Shown here piece after piece: positions 61,663 through 64,000 of a stretch of 64,000 bases of DNA. A program made the position numbers and the translations under genes. Each line of letters begins with the position of its first letter. The first letter of the stretch is position 1. The notes below the pieces were generated by a model. The model saw only the letters and a list, made by a program, of their open reading frames with translations. It was not told where the DNA came from and did not search any database. Origin of the DNA: Nitrosopumilaceae archaeon (GTDB taxonomy: Archaea > Thermoproteota > Nitrososphaeria > Nitrososphaerales > Nitrosopumilaceae); NCBI GenBank assembly GCA_965214835.1, contig CBDCCK010000002.1, positions 896,001-960,000 on the forward strand. The letters run 5' to 3'.

Positions 61663-62768
61663 TAGCAACGAGCATAAGTCTTTGAGCCAAAACAAGGTCA
61701 TTCGAAAGGTATAATGATCACGTAACTGGCGCAGTATGTATGACAAAAGAAACAGACATTCTGTCAGAGGCCATGCGCAAAGAAAAGGATGTCAAAGTCT
61801 ACAAGAAGATCATGGCGCTGATGTTTGTGCTAGAAGACGACATGGGCGTACCCGAGACTGCAAGAAAGATCCGGTGCAGTGAGAATTCCGTGCGCAACTG
61901 GCTGGCGAGGTTTTCGGAGGGCGGCATAGACGGTCTCCGGGATCTTCCCCGTTCCGGATGCAGACCAAAGGTGGACAGAGAAAGTATTGCAGCCATAATG
62001 GATCTGTCCACTGCATGCAAAAGTACCGATGTCATGACGGTACGCGATGACATAAGGAATGCCACCGGGATAGAATACAGCATAGAGCATGTCCGAAGAC
62101 TGATGTGCCAGCACGGCCTGTCGCGCCGCAAGGTGCAAAACATACATGTCAACCATGCCACCCCAAGCTCGGTATACTCGTGGCAGCGATACCTTGAAAA
62201 CGTGCGGATTCCGTGCCTGAAAAACGACGGTTTTACGCTGGTGTCATCTGATGAGGCGTTCTTCGTGCAGGGCGCATACGACAGATACGTGTGGGGTCCG
62301 GTCGGCACCAGAAGCGTGGCATCGTATTCGGGGGACCACACAAAGGTGGCCGTGTTTGGAAGCATCGCAGAAGACGGCAGAAGGCTATTCAGGACGTTTA
62401 CGGGATCGTTTACGTCGGTGCAGTTCATAGAATGTCTGGAGGCGCTGCGCATCAAGTTTGGCAAGGTTGCAGTCTTTTGCGATAGGTGGAGTGTGCACAG
62501 ATCTACTGATGTCGCAGAATATCTGGCGGGCCATCCCGACGTCAGACTGATAATGATTCCGAAAGGATCGCCGTACCTCAATATCGTGGAAGAATGCTGG
62601 AACCTGGGCAAACATTTTGTTTTCAGGGGGATAGTGTACAGAAGGATCAGCGAGCTGCGGCACACCATATCCGAATATTATAGGACGGTGTCATTTGCCC
62701 ACCTTTGCATGTACAAGTACATTTACAGATCGCCGGTCAAAGACCTCAATTACTTGTGACCGTTGCTA
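61663..62768 (+). mobile_element. IS630-family element; transposase 61740-62759
   Basis: IR TAGCAACG...CGTTGCTA flanked by TA; HTH, DLPRSG, SDEAFF, CDRWSVH and SPYLNIVEECW. Confidence 0.92.
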
Positions 62769-62782
62769 TACCATAGTATCTA

Positions 62783-63871
62783 TACTGATGACCATTGAAA
62801 ATTTCGCCTGATTGCACGCCTTGTGAAGGTTTATAGATCTCCATCCATGGCCATCCTGACATGAACAAGAAGAAAACCCTCACGGATGCCATGTGTGTCG
62901 AAAAGGATAACAGAGTTTATACCAGAATCATGGCGGTGCGCTCCGTGCTGCTTGGCAACACCACCGCACATACCGCGGAGATTGCCGACGTGACACAGCG
63001 TACAGTACAGATGTGGATCAATAGATTCGAGCTTGACGGCATCGACGGCCTCCGTGACTCCCCTGACAGGGGCAGAAAGCCAAAGGTTCCAGTCAGCAGG
63101 ATAAAAAAGATCGCCACAAAGTTGCGCAGGATGGAAAAGCTCACCCCGAAGAAGCTGTGCAACTGGGTGCGCCGCAGGCTGCATGTCACATACAGCGTGG
63201 GAAGCATCAGAAGAATCCTGCGCACGATGGGATTCTCGCTAAAGACGTCAACCACCAAGCTGGCAGATGCTGCCGACGCAAAGGCGGTAAGACGGTGGCA
63301 GGGGGCGGCAAGAACCGCGATTAAGCTTGCAAAAAGGCGCGGATTTAGGATAACCGTACAGGACGAATCGATATTCGTCAGTACGGGAAGGGACGGCAGA
63401 AAGTTCTGGTCGCCAGTGGGGGACAGGATCGAGGTGCAACGATCCGGCAGAAGGGAGCACGTCGTGGTATACGGAACGATTGCAGACGACGGAACCCGGC
63501 TGATGCGCACGTACGACAAGTTCAACAGTGCAAACTTTGTGCATTATCTCAAGCAGGCGCACAAAAAGTGGGGAAAGGTTCTGATTGTGATGGACAACGC
63601 AGCACAGGACCGGAAAGGTCCGCAGATACCTAAAGAAAAATCCCGACGTTGTCTTGCTGTACCTGCCAGTAGCTAGGCCGGAGCTGAGCGTCATAGAGGC
63701 AGTCTGGAAGGATGCCAAGTACAGGCTGGTTACATCGGCATTTTACGAGACGGTAGATCACCTCAAAAGGGCCGTCTCGGAATACTTTAGGACGTGTTCC
63801 ATCAAGGTTGACATCTACAAGTATCTTGAGCGCAGCGTGTAATCAGGCGAAATTTTCAATGATCATCAGTA
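62783..63871 (+). mobile_element. IS630-family element; frameshifted transposase 62861-63842
   Basis: About 30-bp IR TACTGATGACCATTGAAAATTTCGCCTGATT flanked by TA; QDESIF and MDNAAQ, then a frameshift before PELSVIEAVW. Confidence 0.9.
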
Positions 63872-64000
63872 TAGGATGCCGATAATGGATCATCCCAGCA
63901 AATTCCAATCCTGCAATGACTGGTCACAAATGTCTGATGCTCAGCCATGTCTGCAGGGGCATTTGATCATAAGATGCTGCCCAGAAAAATTGGCTTGTCA

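Noticed and set aside
16000-64000. RNA-guided transposon accessory genes (IS200/605 TnpB, IscB, IS110) or a reverse transcriptase
   Set aside because: All recognisable transposases are DDE types; no RuvC/Zn-finger TnpB, DEDD or RT motifs were found.

Overview
This is an archaeal chromosome segment, most consistent with a Nitrosopumilaceae-type thaumarchaeote (CFI-box-CTERM protein, cupredoxin-like protein, cob genes, PolD, Rpo11-TFS-PCNA). The very heavy IS load would fit a host-associated lineage, which is inference only. Bases 1-6.8 kb hold the replication origin locus: DP2 (partial), GGGP synthase, four small putative DNA-binding genes, an ORB-containing oriC, cdc6/orc1 and DP1. Core-gene blocks are interrupted by three accessory regions. 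(1) About 11.4-20.7 kb: a decayed plasmid/virus-like element with an MNT-HEPN pair, a broken D5/P4 primase-helicase, an Mrr-like nuclease fragment, IS481, IS66 and an atypical tRNA. (2) About 25.9-31.7 kb: a glycosyltransferase plus a multi-layer nested IS stack. (3) About 49-64 kb: IS3, IS5/ISL2, IS66, ISH3 and IS630 elements plus two glycosyltransferases. At least four MITE families are visible. The most interesting candidates are an origin-linked module (membrane-anchored wHTH protein, HTH/AbrB/wHTH partners and a dense GTGAT motif array) that could tether or segregate the origin, and a non-canonical CAG-anticodon tRNA with Ser/Sec-like rather than Leu-like features. All calls are from motif recognition by eye; no searches were run.
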